From assembly GCF_025526975.1 (NCBI RefSeq), contig NW_026515668.1, forward strand, positions 1 to 64,000: a stretch of 64,000 nt of DNA, in the 5' to 3' direction. The notes below the pieces were generated by a model. The model made no database searches and was not told where the DNA came from. It saw nothing but the letters and a program-made list of their open reading frames with translations. Within the stretch, counting starts at the first letter, position 1. The number at the start of each line of letters is the position of its first letter. Source of the stretch: Fimicolochytrium jonesii. Its lineage: Eukaryota. Below, in pieces: positions 23,318-36,796 of this stretch. The translations under genes and the position numbers were made by a program.

Positions 23318-23404
23318 GGCAAGCCAGCCGCGACGGAGACGCCTTTCCAGACGGTTAGTGCTCTTCATGCTCTGAAACGCTGCTTTGATAATGATGCGGA
23401 GCTT
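23318..23404 (+). repeat. 87-bp dispersed repeat, copy 2
   Basis: Matches 10389-10475 with 3 mismatches. Confidence 0.95.
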
Positions 23405-24082
23405 AGCGGGTCCGATGGGCTTGCTGTCTCGCTTGCGGTTAAAGCCAGCATTTGCGTACAGCTGTCGCCACCCCATCAATGCATCACCAGGCCTTTCTTT
23501 GAGTTCCAGCCGTGCAGACAATCCTTTCCATGAAGTCTTTCCTCGTCCTATTCAGTTTCCAAGGCATATCTGACACGACGGTGTCGGTGTGAGTGCACCG
23601 GCCGGTGGAATGTTGGCAGCGGGCGCTGCAACCGGAGTATAGGGCCAGACGCTGATCACAACGAAACCGATGGTGACGGGCTGATCAGCAGCTGCTTCTG
23701 TTGCTATTGTGGAGGTCACGCTGACATGGGGATCTCCTTGACGTTTGTGGTGCCGAGGCAGGTATGCCGGGTGATGCCGGTCGGCTGGTCTAAGGAGCGT
23801 CTTCCTCGCCGCACGCTCAAGCGGGTGCTGCTATGTATGGCTATGGGAAGTCTCTTCCAGCAACGCACCGGGTCCCCTCCACAAGAAGAAGAAGACGGGA
23901 ACTTAATCTCGTCCAGGCGTCACGTGAAGAGTGCAAGCTGCCCTTCTGCCCGCCCCAAGCTCTTCGGCTTTCCACGCAGGCATTGCAACTTCTAGTTCGG
24001 AGCAGAACGCACGAGAGCCCCCTCCCCTGTCAGCAGCAGACCATGCTAGCACAGCAGCTACATATCGTTCGCGCTATCATCT

Positions 24083-25424
24083 ATGTACACTCTCGCGCTG
24101 GAGGATAAGGTTTCAGCATTGCAATGTCTTCTCGCTTGTCGTGCGTGGTCCCAAGCGCTGAGCAAAGAGGATAAGCTCTGGCTTCAGCAGTACGACTTTG
24201 CGGGGACAGTGCCCTTCTTGGTCATAGGGCGACGCTCTTTCCAAAGCTATGGTCCACAGGACAGGCTTTTTGAAGGGAAGCCCCTGCGTTTGGGGACCTT
24301 CTGCTCAGACCAGCCCTTTGCGATCTGGACGGGAGGAGTGCCAGTTATGGTCCTGAACGCACCGATCGGGCCGTCCAGAATACCAAACGGACTCGAAGAA
24401 GCTGAGAAACCGTCTCGTTGTGTAGTGACCTCTCGCCTTTATGCTCAAGTCGTCGCCGCTCCCGCTGCCACTCCCCTACCCATACCTGTGAAAGCCAGAG
24501 TTTCCCGTCATCGACAGCAAGGGAACCGTCGCCAGCTTCTCACTGAGGCCCAGCTGAGGTTGTGCTCCTATTCGATGCCGCCCTCATCGAAGACGGTACG
24601 AAGTGGACTCAGCATACTGACGGAACCTGCTACGTCTAGGCCGCCTCCGCGCGGGTGAATGGAAAGTGTTGAAACAAATGGCATGCTGGAGTCACCCGGT
24701 CGATATCAGCTACTTGCTCGTCAAAACCATTGTTTTGCCACCCATCCAAGGCCTAGATGACACTGGGGACTTGCCGCATCCCCAATATGGGAGCCGGCTC
24801 GTTGACCTCATGGCTGGCTCTGCGTTGAACCGGTTTCTCGATGCACTGGACATTCACCCCGGGATCCGGTCATACTATACCTTGCACAGAGTGTCGGTCC
24901 ACGATTTCGGTGCGGGTTACGAGCTGATTCATGATGGCAACGGTGTAGAGCAACAAGATCCTTTGCATGTAATCAACTGTAGCGTCTGGGAGTCGATCCA
25001 CGGTGGCTGGCATGTCCACAATCAGAGAGCGTTGCGCTGGTTTGATACATGCTGGGATGCGTCGAACCGTCCGCCCTCCTCCGATGTCTTACTTTGGGAA
25101 TCTGACGACACCGATCCCGCTTTGTTGGCGACTGCCGCGGAAGCACAGCAATGGCGAGACCATAACCCGCGATCGAATGCCCTACACCGATTCTTGGACA
25201 GGCGGCGCGCTGCGCTGTGTCAAAATTTGGCTAAACAAGGGTTCACTGAGCTTCTGTATGTGCAGGCAGGGAGGTTGTTGCTCTGTGACGAGTTGCTCAG
25301 GAACTACGGGTTCCACCGAAGCAGAGGCCCTATCTTTGACTATGTGCTCGCGAGACATCCCACGGATGAGACCAGGCCTCTGATGGGATGGGTGATACTG
25401 CGTTCACCTGTGGATTATGACTGA
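24083..25424 (+). CDS. hypothetical protein, possibly F-box-like N-terminus; split or degenerate
   Basis: SALQCLLACRAWSQAL..DKLW resembles the end of an F-box; a second 252-aa ORF follows in another frame. Confidence 0.35.
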
Positions 25425-26511
25425 AGACTTGGGCCTTCTGATCCTGCTATCCGTGCATTCTAATATTGACTTGAATGATAGATTGTGATGATTCCTTGAA
25501 CGGGAACCGACTTGGTGTATGTGGAGCCCATATGTGGTGCATGTATCGGTAGAGAAGGTTGCACGTTTAAGTTGTGATGTTTTTATCACAGGCTGATAGA
25601 CTGTGGGTCCCGACTCGTATGACTTGTAATAGGGTAACTTTTGCAAACCATTCGGCCCCATCTTCAACGTCGGTCCGACGTCGGTCCGATGGTTTTCTGG
25701 GTCCAAGGCGCGCTTGTCATCGGGGCACACGTAAGCGACTCGCACAGGTCCGCGCCGTCGCTCTTCCTGAAGCAAAGCGTCCAAGTTCAGCGTCGTTCTT
25801 CCAGCCGTACAGCGCCTGTCTCTGCATAGATATCTTCTGCACCGGAATGGCTTCCACTTTGTACAAGCATGCATGATAACCGCAGCCTACCGCATTTGCC
25901 TCTTCTTTCAGCATCTCGATAGCTCACTTAACTGAGGGATGGCAGATGCCAACATGAAGGCCTCTTCTTCCACGTGGTCGTGCATCTCTCCCGTGCCATC
26001 ATCAGTTGTGAGGGCCTGCCTCTGTGCAGCGAGCGACTCGAGCGTGTCCAGCCAGACCTTCAGGAGAGAAGCCACGCGCAAGGGGACAACGCGTGGAAGG
26101 AACAGTAACAGGTCATTCATGATTACGCGTGATGGCCTGTCCCTCGCCCCCCTTGCTCATTTCGCCCCCTCTCGTTTTTCCCTTCCCTAGTCCCTAGTCC
26201 CTTTCTCTCCTGGTGACTCGGGACTTTCCCACTCCGCCCAAAACAAGGCTGCAGAGAAGGAGGTAAGACGCTCGCTCTTCCACTGCAACTGACTTCCCCA
26301 ACCTGCCAAGCCTTCTTATATCCTTGTGCTCATCTCCGGGCCCGCCAACGGCACTTTTCGGCAGCTCTCACTGGTCCAAGCCATTCCCACGGAAAAACAA
26401 CTTTGGGAATCCCCAGGACTTTTTGCAACCAACCCCCGACCGTACACTCCGTCACAGTCTACACTCAAAGTCCTTCCTATCGACCCACCAAGGTCGGGCA
26501 CTCCCTCCCCC

Positions 26512-29500
26512 ATGCTCTCCAGCCCCACCAGCATGGACCGTCCCCGCCCCCTCCATCACCAAATCTCCACCTCAACTTTCGGCGCCCACTCCGACTCCCG
26601 CGGCGCTCCCTCCCCAACTTTCAGCGCCCACTCCCACGTCGCTTCCCCCCGAATGGCCGCTGCCGGACCACCTAAACAAAGCGTGCTGAAATCCACCCCG
26701 AATATGGCGTTCAACCCGATCCCGACGTCCCCCGGCAAATCGTCCAAATTGAAGATCAATGTGTTGCTGGATTCGACGATTTATGTGGCGGGAGGGAACC
26801 TGCATGGGCGGTTGGAGGTGGTTTCGTCGAGTAGTAAGAGTTTGAGGTTGGGGGAGATTGCGGTGGAGTTGAATGGGTTTGAGGGTGAGTTTCGGTGAGG
26901 TAGAGATTGAGTGGGTGTAGGGTGAGATCCGGGTGGTAGTAGTAGAGAGTGGGCTTCCTTCGAACGAAGCGAGCTATGTCTCTTGGGATCAGACCCTTCC
27001 GCACATTTTCTCACATCCCGGTACTAATCGATTCCCACCCCAATGTCTCTCTCACAGAGGTATCCGACAAAGACTACGCCCGTAGCCAAGCCTTCCTCTC
27101 CTCCCGCATCGTCTTCCAAGGCGATCGCCTCCCCCCCTCCAACGCCGTCCGCGGCCCCTCCGAGAACGGCTACTGGCAAGCCAACAAAGGCAAAACCACC
27201 TTCCCCTTCGCCTTCCGCCTCCCCGACGACGCGCCAAGCTCCTACTCCTTCCAGTCCCTCGCAAGCCTCCGATACGTCATCACCGGTGTGGTCCAGTATC
27301 AGCAGAACGGACGCAGTGATAGCTTGTTTCGCTCGAAGGAGGGGTTTGTGGTGGAGAATTGGTATAGTAGTAACAATGGGGTTATGACGAGCGAGCCGGT
27401 GAGGGCTAAGAATCATCGGAAGGTGTGGTTTGGAGGCGCGGGTGAGGTCCATATTGAGGGGACTATACAAAAGTCCTTCTTCTGCTCTGGCAATGATGTC
27501 TATGTCGAGTTGCGTGTGAGGAACGAATCCAAACGAAGGGTATGTCAGATTCAGGAAGGGATCGCATTCCATACACCCATTGACGACATTCTCTATGCAG
27601 GTATCAGGCATTAAACTCTCACTCGTCCGCAAGCTCCTCATGGTCAAGGACGGCAAAAGCAAAAGCCAGACCACCGGCGATACGAAGATCGTCAGGGAGA
27701 CTGTCGCGGAAGTGGCCTTCAAGGAGAAGGATTTCATCTTTGATCCTGGAGAAGATCGCGCGAATATCTTGAACATGCAAATTCCTGTGAGTTATAGGGA
27801 GTCTGATGGTGGGACTTGATGGATCCTTTGCTTATCGAGATGCTCTCTCGATTTGATCCTTCCAGCGATTCGTGAGGACTTGCAAGCATACGGCGTTGGC
27901 GGAAGTCGCGTGTATGTTGGTGATGTCCCTCAACATGGGTACCTTCAAGTATGTGTTCATGTGCTTGATGTACGCCCAACACCATATGCATCCACTAACC
28001 CATCGCACCGACCCTCCAGCAAAGAGCTAGTAATCGAACTCCCCATCAACGTTTGCCACTCCGCAAGCATCCTCCCACCCCCTGAGATCGACACCCAAGC
28101 CAACATGCACCCACAGCATTACAACGTCATCCCGGATGACCCAGAACCCTTCCCCTCGGTGCGCAATACCTATCGTACCCGCAATAAGAACTGGAAAGCC
28201 ACCCTCCGCGCCCGCTCGGCTTCGCCGCCTAAAACCATCCGTGGAGCGGCTTACGTTGTGCATGCCGCAAAAGACGCGCCGGAACAAGACCAGGATGACA
28301 CCCGCGGGGCGCCCACGGGCCGGCGAGCGCTACCGTGGTCGGATGATGAAGGGGATGTGCAGGAGTTCCTGACAATGAGGAAACGGTTGGCGAGGAAGGC
28401 GCAGCAGCAGATGGGGAGAGGAGTGAATGAGGATGTGGAGGATGCGTCGTCACCATTTGGGGGGTTGTTGAGGGAGTTGGCGCCGAATTCGCCGTCGATG
28501 GCGACGTTGAGGGGTGTCCCTAGTAAAGGGAATATTGCCAAATCTCCCGCTTTAGGTACGTTGTCATTCATCATGTCCTAATTTCCTATCCTCCGTCACT
28601 CACTCTTTGCGATTGATCAGATCCAGCAACACCGATCTCCTACATCCCCGCCACCGAACGCTCCAAGTACATCTCCAACAAATCCATCCTCCTCGACGAG
28701 CCCGCCTCACCCACTCAAGAAACAACCCACCCAACCTCGCCTCAAAGCTGGGGAACCCACCGCATCTCCGCCCTCTCCACCGACCCCCTCGCCCTCCCAT
28801 CCCCAATCATGAAGGCCCGCAGACCGTCCCTCCCGCAGGGATTGTATGAGCCGACTAACCGCTCGGCTGCGATCAATATGTCGGTGGTGAGTGGGAATGG
28901 GAACACGACGATGCAGGCAACCACGCCCCCTCATCTTAGACAAGCGCGCCCGCTCCCCTCCGTACCTGCCGTAACAGCATCGTCTCCCCACCGTGGCCGA
29001 ACGAACGAAAAGGAGGACGTACCAGTGCAGTACCGCACCATCTCCCCACCCCTCAAACCCCGCCCTGCAAACTACGTCCCCAAAACGTTACGTGACCCGA
29101 AATCATTACAAAATATCCGACAACCGGGCGCACGACCCGCGACGCTGAAACAGGTCGTGTCGGATGAGCATTTGAAACCGCCCTCCTCTTCGTCGAGGAA
29201 GCGTGGGAATGCTGGGAGGAAGGGGGAGGAGGTGTCCCAGCTTTCGACGATAGTGGCGGGTGGGGCCGGGAGGAAGGATAGGAATTTTTTGGATGTGTCG
29301 TTTGATTTTGGGGAGGAGTTTACAGGTATGGGTTTTCATACAACCTCCGCCCCTGGTCGTTGGGACATTTCCGCAGATCTAACATTTCTCTCTTCGTGAT
29401 GGATCAATTACAGGCAAAAACGCAAAAACATCAACCCTCGCCCGCCTCGCCAACGGCGCGAACGGGAACAAATCCGAACGCAAACCCATCTCCGGCCTCT

Positions 29501-30072
29501 TCACATCCTCCGCTTCCACCAGCGATAAAGAGAACAAAAGCCCTGATCGGTCCCACCACATCTCACCACAACGGCCCGTTTACAGCCAACCACCACCCCA
29601 CCCACATCAGCAACAACGGGGGAGAGAACAATCGCATCATTATGTCGGTGATCAATCTCGTTCCGTGTTGGGTACGTCCCCGCCGATGGATAGGTCGATT
29701 TTATACCAGCAGCAGCAGCAGCCGAGGATGGTCCATATGCAACGGCCGTATCCGCGGCAAACGCAGACGGCGAATGGGCAGGATGTGGAGAGGGGACGGC
29801 CGGCTGTGGTGGAGAGGGGACGACAGGGCAAGAATAATGCGGCGCAACGGACGATTTCCCCGAGGGCTATGTCGCCGCAGTTGCAGGAGTGTGAGTACCC
29901 ATTCGTGTGTTTTTTTCATCGGGCCAGTTTTTTTTGGGTAGTTTATGTATTGAATCTTTGTTTCGTCCCTTTTGGGGTAAAGATCTCGCAAAGTATTCTG
30001 AAGCTGCCAGTCGGGTCTGAAAGTGCAATCCCTACCGCAAGGCGTTCTCACCCCATTATCGGCGTCGTGTGA
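26512..30072 (+). CDS. alpha-arrestin-like protein, multi-exon (ends approximate)
   Basis: Arrestin_N-type motifs IYVAGGNLHGRLEV, IAVELNGFE, GKTTFPFAFRLPDDAPSSY and LRYVITG; Arrestin_C-type VELRVRNESKRRV..IKLSLVR and LVIELPINV; long disordered tail; several GT-AG introns. Confidence 0.8.
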
Positions 30073-30543
30073 GGCGATGTGCGACATAGGCGTATATAAC
30101 AGCGGCGTTTGGACAGACATTTTCATAGGAGAGTTGTCCCATATTCCCTTTTTTGAGTCTCCCCTCAGGTCCCTACACGCCTTCCCCCTCCCCACGTCCT
30201 CGAGCTGAAACCTCGTGTACGGATGTACAAGGATAATCTTGTCCCCCACATCCGCTTCCCACCATCCCTTCCGCTATTCTCCCATCCTAACCCATATGTT
30301 CCCGTCTTCCCTGTTCTAATTTCATTTTATGCGTGTTTCTCTGTGTTACATCTGTTATTGAAGTCTCTTGGACATCCATCCCATAAGAGCCCGTGGGCGT
30401 TGGGGTGGATTACTGTACTGTGCCTTCGCGTCTTCAAACGGCGACCGTCCACGTCACGACTTGCAACCTCCTCAAAGCCGCCCTACAGTATACAACCGCC
30501 AACCCACACACCCACCCCAATTAAAACCACCCCAACCCACACA

Positions 30544-31542
30544 ATGCCCTTCCCAATAGAAGAATGGTACTACGAAGTTCCCATCGTCACCCGCTCCTAC
30601 GTCACCGCCGTCTTCCTCACCACCCTCGCCTGCGTGAGTCCCCCCCTCGGATACCATCCCCCCCCCCCTCCGCCGCCTACTCACATCCACCATTCCCTCC
30701 CCTTTTGTAGCAATTGGAACTGGTGTCACCCTTCCACCTGTACTTCGACTGGAGTCTGATATGGAAGGGCGGGCAGGTACGTACGGGGGATGCTCACATG
30801 CGCGAATCCATGCGGGGGGGATCTGATCGTGCGGGGCCCAACCGCTGATTTTTGTTTTTGTTTTTTCCGAACCGACCCCCCCCCCCCCCACAGTGGTGGA
30901 GGCTTGTGACGAGTTTCTTGTATTTCGGGAGTTTTTCGTTGGATTTTTTGTTTCATTTGTTTTTTCTGTGAGTGAGAAAAAAACGTAAAACCGGTGGGTG
31001 GGGGGGGCTGGGCTAACTGGAGTTTTGATAAAAACCCCCTAGGGTGCGGTATAGCCGGATGTTGGAGGAGGGGTCGTTTCGAGGACGGACGGCGGATTTT
31101 GTGTGGTTTTTGGGGTTTGGGATGTCGGCTTCGATCGTAAGTTTACGAGTGTTCAGAAGTGGGGGCGGGGAGAGAGAGGACCCCCGCTGATGAGAATTAT
31201 GACACACAGCTGCTAACGCCGCTGATCCCATCCTCGCTCGCGATCCCGTTCCTGTCCGCGCCGCTGACGTTCATGCTGGTGTACGTGTGGTCGCGGCGCA
31301 ACTCGTCCGTGCGGATGAACTTTCTGGGCGTGTTCAACTTCAACGCGCCGTACCTGCCGTGGGTGCTGATGGGGTTCACGGTGCTGCTGAATAGTCATTG
31401 GCCCGTGGGGGATCTGGTTGGGTTGTTGGTCGGGCATGTGTATTACTTTTTGGAGGATGTGTATCCCGGGATACCGCATACCGCGGAGTGGAGGCCGTTG
31501 AGGGCGCCCGAGTTTTTTAGGAATGTTATTGGGGATGGGTGA
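30544..31542 (+). CDS. DER1: derlin (ERAD rhomboid pseudoprotease), 4 introns
   Basis: VPIVTRSY; WWRLVTSFLYFG; RYSRMLEEGSFRGRTADF; LVYVWSRRN; APYLPWV; VGHVYYFLEDVYP. Confidence 0.93.
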
Positions 31543-31717
31543 GGCATGCCATGGCATTTGACGATTTTTTCCTTTGTCCTGTCAAGTCTAAGTGGGAAGG
31601 TGCGTTCGCATACTGTACGCCGAGTACCAAGCCTACACTCTACATCGTCAGTCGGTGGATGGCGCCTGACATCTCCCTACGCCGCATGGGTAGTCCACTC
31701 CTCGGAAATGTCCCCGT

Positions 31718-32212
31718 CTACGAGCTCTTTGCGAACAAAGTCAACGCCTCCCCATCTAATCTAAACCCAATCCACTCGTCCTGGCTCTTCGCGCCCACCT
31801 TCTTCCTATAAAACTCAATCGCTGGAGTGTTCCAATCCAAAGCCTGCCACTCCATCCTCCCACACCCCTTCTCGACGGCCACGCCGGCCAAATACCTCAA
31901 CAGCTCCGTGCCGACGCCCTTCCCCCGATCCTCCTCGGCGACCATCAGGTCTTCCAAATACAACCCGGGGGCCGCATTCCACGTCGAGTAGTTGAAAAAG
32001 TACAGGGCCATCCCCATCTCCCTGCCCGATTGTTCGTCGCATGCAAACACGACGTGGGCGTAGGGGTGGGCACCGAAGAGGGTGGCTGTGAGGGAGGCTT
32101 CGGTGGCGAGGACCTTGTCGAGGGCTTTTTCGAAGAGGGCGAGGGAGCGGATGAAGGAGAGGATGAGGGGGACGTCGGTTGGAGCGGCTGGGCGGATTTT
32201 GATGGAGGACAT
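31718..32212 (-). CDS. GNAT N-acetyltransferase (diamine/SSAT-like)
   Basis: YFFNYSTW..GLYLEDLMV..RGKGVGTELL; RMEWQALDWNTPAIEFY. Confidence 0.92.
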   Translation of the reverse strand: MSSIKIRPAAPTDVPLILSFIRSLALFEKALDKVLATEASLTATLFGAHPYAHVVFACDEQSGREMGMALYFFNYSTWNAAPGLYLEDLMVAEEDRGKGVGTELLRYLAGVAVEKGCGRMEWQALDWNTPAIEFYRKKVGAKSQDEWIGFRLDGEALTLFAKSS

Positions 32213-32558
32213 TGTGCTTGAGGCTCCTGTGGGGGAGGGAGGGCTGACGGACGGGTTAGCTTAGCGAGAGGGGGGAGACGTGGAGGAGTGGTTGAGGACG
32301 AGTGTTACCTTGTGGGCTGTTCTCTGTGTGGGTGTGTGTGTGTGTTGGGTGGGTTGACCTTTTGGACTCCCGTGCTGCTTTGCTCTCTTTCTCTCTTTGC
32401 TGCTGGGCGCTGCTCTCTCCTTAAGACAGCCTTAGACCCTTCACAAGGCGCTGCTGGGAAACCCGTGGGAATCTGGGAATGGGAGCACAGCACACGCCCC
32501 CCCAACAACATCACAACCCACACACACACACACACACACACTCAGCTGCACCACCACC

Positions 32559-35500
32559 ATGCCAAAGGCCACCCGCAAGAAGAAGCTCAAGGAGCAGGAC
32601 TTCAAGGTATGATACTGCACGAGCGTCTATGCATATCCACCCGTCCAGTCACCCACACACCCACCCCCCAATTCCACTACAGAAAGCGAAACTGAAAGTG
32701 GGAAAGAAGAAGCCGGCCGCCAACAACGATACCAACGTTTCCTTCAAGTCGCAGGGTATGTGCCCTTTGTCCCTCTCATAATCCATCCTCTGAGGTGGAC
32801 TTGGCTGACCGTTTCTCTCTCCAACAGCAATTGTCGTTCCCAACCAAAGCATCAACGACGACAAACCACATGAGGAAGTCCTTAGCAGCAAAAACCAGAG
32901 CTTGAAAGACCTCCTTGCCCAGCTGCGGCATTACAGCGCCCAGGCTCGGAAAGGTCCGTCTCCCCTAACTCGTACCGTTCTCATATTGCACCACTCAACC
33001 CCCGCATATCCCCCAAACAGAAGCCCTAGTAGGCCTCCGGGAACTCCAACACCGGCACCCCATCCCCCTCCGATCGCACCTCAGCGCCCTCTTTACCTCC
33101 CTCGCCCCCCTCCTCGTCGACGACGAGCCGCAAGTGCGCAAACTCCTCCTGTCGTTCTTTGATGACCTCGCGCAAAGGGTCACCGCGGAGCACGTCAGAC
33201 CGTTCATGGGCCTGACGATGGCGTATACCTGCTCGGCGATGACGCATATTGGGGAGGAGGTTAGGTTGGATGGGTTGAGGGCGTTGGATGTGTGGATTAG
33301 ACGGTGGCCGGGGATTGTCGGCGGGTTTGCGGAAAAGGTGGGTTTATCATGGGAGAGGGAGAGATTATCTGGGCGAGGGCGTGCCGGAGCGGGTTTGGTG
33401 GAGGTGGGAGTTTTTGCGAGCGAGCGGGCGGGCGAGGGCCGCGAATTGCGCCGATGCGGCGCCGAAGCTCTCTCCTGCGATCCCAGCCCAACATGCGTGT
33501 TGCGATCTCGATATCGTATTCATATTCGCCAAACACCGCATCTAACTGACTTCGGATGCAGGTCATCCCAAACTATCTATCGATGCTGATCTCGAATGGG
33601 AAGAACAAGGGAGGCATGACGAGCACGGGCGCTTCCCTGCTCGTCAACCCTCGTAGCCAACTCGGGTCTGCAAAGGTGCGATCTTTGCTGTACTCTTGAC
33701 GATTTGCCTCGCGTCCAGGGGTTGCTGATCCGCTTCTTCATTGTAGACACGTGTGGAAGTCCTTGAGAGCTTGCTGGGTTTTCTTACCTTGATTTTGCGC
33801 AAGGATGATGACCCGTACGTTTGTAGATTAGGTTGCCTTCGCTTTCTACCGAGCATACGCGATAACGACTTCTCTCCAGATGGTGGTTCTTCCCATCGTC
33901 GGCGCCCAAAAAAGCCGCGTCCAGCATACGTGGACAGCTACGCACATATAGATGGTCGGATTACAAACAAGTGAGGCTTCCAGAGGCTCTGTCAACCCGT
34001 CCGCGCTGAACGTCTCATCTAATTCCTCTTATTTCGCAGACAGGCATCGTAATACACGATTCGGTCGAGTACCTGGACATTCATACCAATGCAACCGCGA
34101 GCGCAACGACCCCAGGCCTCTTTGGAGCCGGGTCTGGACCAGCCATCAAGTCAGATCGTGTATCGATCGGTGTAAGCACCAGCACATCTAAAGTAGACAC
34201 ATCGATTCGCAATGTGTATCATTTAGACGAGCTGGAGCATCTAAAGGTAACCACCCAAACCGTCTCGCATATCAAATTGCATTCATTGAATGTTTGGCGT
34301 CATGATTCACAGGCCCTTACGGACGTCCTAATGCCCACCCTCGTGGATCTCTGGCTCGAGTCATCCCCCAGCGTCTTCACGGCGGGCACCATCACGCTCA
34401 CGCCAGCGCTCGGGGTGATGCACTCGGTGTTGAAGATGATGAATCTGATCTGGAGGACGTTTTTGCTGCAGTTCAAGGACCGCGTCGATGGCGGGTGGGT
34501 TGAGGGGTGGTTCAAGGGGATTCAAAAACATTTGATGGTGCATTTTCCGTTTGGGAAGGGGAATTTCGCGCATAGGGATAAACAGGTAAGAATATCTTGA
34601 TGTTAGGGGCGCGGGGATGTTGTATTGATCGATGTTCTTTTTGCTGCAGGTGGATAACGTCTTGCAAGACATGAACATCCTCTTCTGCGAGCTGCTCTCC
34701 CACTTCCTCCTCCAAAACCCAACCAAAAACCGGGCCGAGGAAGAAGCCGGCCACTCATGGCAAGGGCTGATGCTGGACTATATGCTCGACGTCTTCAACG
34801 GGAAAAAGTCCAAAGGCGAGACCGCCACCGTCACCCAGCTCACACCCCAACAACTACAAGCCAGTCTCCCCGTAGTCTGGTCACTCCTAAGCACACTCGG
34901 CGAACCAGGCTACTCTGAATTCCTCCAGGCGTTCATCGCGATGACCAACGCGGCGGGGGGAACGCCATGCGCCCCGCTCGGGTTCGAGTTCCTGTTCCGG
35001 TTGGTCAAACTGCCACCCTCAGCATCACCCTCACAATCAGATGCCGCCGTCACCACCCACCTCCAAACCTTCCTCCTAACCCTCCCCAAACGCCTCTGGC
35101 AACTCAAACAATCCAACCCCACCCTTACTCTCTCCATCCTGTCCATGCTCCTGCACACCCTCCGCAACAACCCGCGCGGCCTCGCCAGAACCCCGGCGTT
35201 CGTTACCGGCTTGCAGAGTGCGCTTACACCGTTTTTCTGGGTGGAGACCCCCAAAGGCGGGGTGTTTGGACCGTTTGTGGAGGCGGCGGAGGAGACGCAG
35301 GTTCTGGCGTTGAGTGTCGGGTATTACTTAGGAGCGTGGGGGGAGAAGTTGGCAAGGGGGGTTGCGGAGTGTTTGACGCGTATGTACCTTTTTTACATCC
35401 CCCCCTCCTGGCGTTACCTGTTGGGAAACTGATTTGATTTTCACCTTGAAATAGATATATCGACTCCGACCTCGACGACGCTATTCGCCCTCCAACTCCT

Positions 35501-36551
35501 CCACCACCGCCACACTCAAAGCCCCGACCCGCTCCCGCACGCCACTTTCGCAAGCTTGGTGTTTACCATCGGCGTTGTCGGTTACACTTCCTCAAATTTC
35601 CACGCCTTGCGCACTTCTGCTGCAACAACAACACGGGCGCTGGGGATGGTTATCGGGACGGAGGCTTTGCTGGGACGGGATATGTCCCCGACGGTGTTTT
35701 GGGAGAGGAGGAAGGCGGTTGTTGGGGAGATGAGGAATGTGGTTGGACAGGATCTGGGCCTGGCGGAGGGGTTTTTGGGGGGTGTTTATGAGCTGGTGGT
35801 ACGTTTTACAACCGTGGTGGGCTTCCCCAATCTTTCGGCTATCATCCTGACGTGTTTCGTTTGTGATCAGAACCAATCATTGGTCCTCCCCATCGACACC
35901 TGCTACGGAATTGCGGCGGCTATGGACGTGCTTGCCAGCCACCCGCGCGCCACGGAAGGCGTTTTCGAGGAGTATGTGGGCTGTCTGGCCAATGTGTTTG
36001 TACCGGCTGCCGTGGCTGTTTTCAGTCTGCCTGCAGGCAACGAGGTACGTTGCCTCGTCTCTCCCTTTGACATCCCTATGACTGACTCAATACCGCATCA
36101 AAACCGTTCCGCGATTCTCAGGCCCGCAAAGCATCAACACCGCTCCTCGACACGCTCGCCTCCCTCTTCACCCACTCCCCACCCCTGCGGCGCCAAGTCC
36201 TCGCCAACATCGCGGAAAGGTTCCGCAGCGACCACGCACCGCCCGTGACGGAGATGCTGGCCCTGTTGAAGATTGCGACACGGTTGATGTTGGGGTATGA
36301 GCGGCTGAGGGGGGTTATTCAGAGTGAGGATGGGGCGGAGAGTGTGGCGGTTATGGAGGGGATTCATTCCGGTGTCGTGGTATGTACCCAAACTCCCCCC
36401 CCCCCCCCCCCCCAAAAAAAAAAGATGCGGTGGATTTTTTCTAACATTTCTTTGGATGCAGACATATCTCAACCAAACACCCACCACAGCGGCACTGGGC
36501 CTGCACCACGTGAGGGACGAGGTGGATATGCTTGGACGGTTTTTGGCGTAG
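32559..36551 (+). CDS. IPI1: pre-rRNA processing protein IPI1/TEX10 (Rix1 complex), multi-exon
   Basis: Spliced N-terminus MPKATRKKKLKEQDFKKAKLKVGKKK..NDTNVSFKSQAIVVPNQS; LLAQLRHYS; SAMTHIGEEVRLDGL. Confidence 0.88.
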
Positions 36552-36796
36552 ATGTACTGTACACGTCCTTGGAGCCCTCATCCTCCTTCACAAGATTACA
36601 TCACCTCCATTTTTGGGTAGATAAAGCATTGGGGGGGAGCGTTCATACATAAGCGTAGTAAACATGTATATGTAGTTCCCCTCCCTTTCGTTAGACATAG
36701 TCCTGTAACTTATCTATACTTATTTGGTTCCCCATTCTGGTCCTCGCATCTCGAATCATGTCCAGTGAAAACTCCGAAAGACATAACATCGGAGTG

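Noticed and set aside
32519..32542. (CA)n run before IPI1 and poly-C/G runs in host introns
   Set aside because: Ordinary microsatellites and homopolymers.
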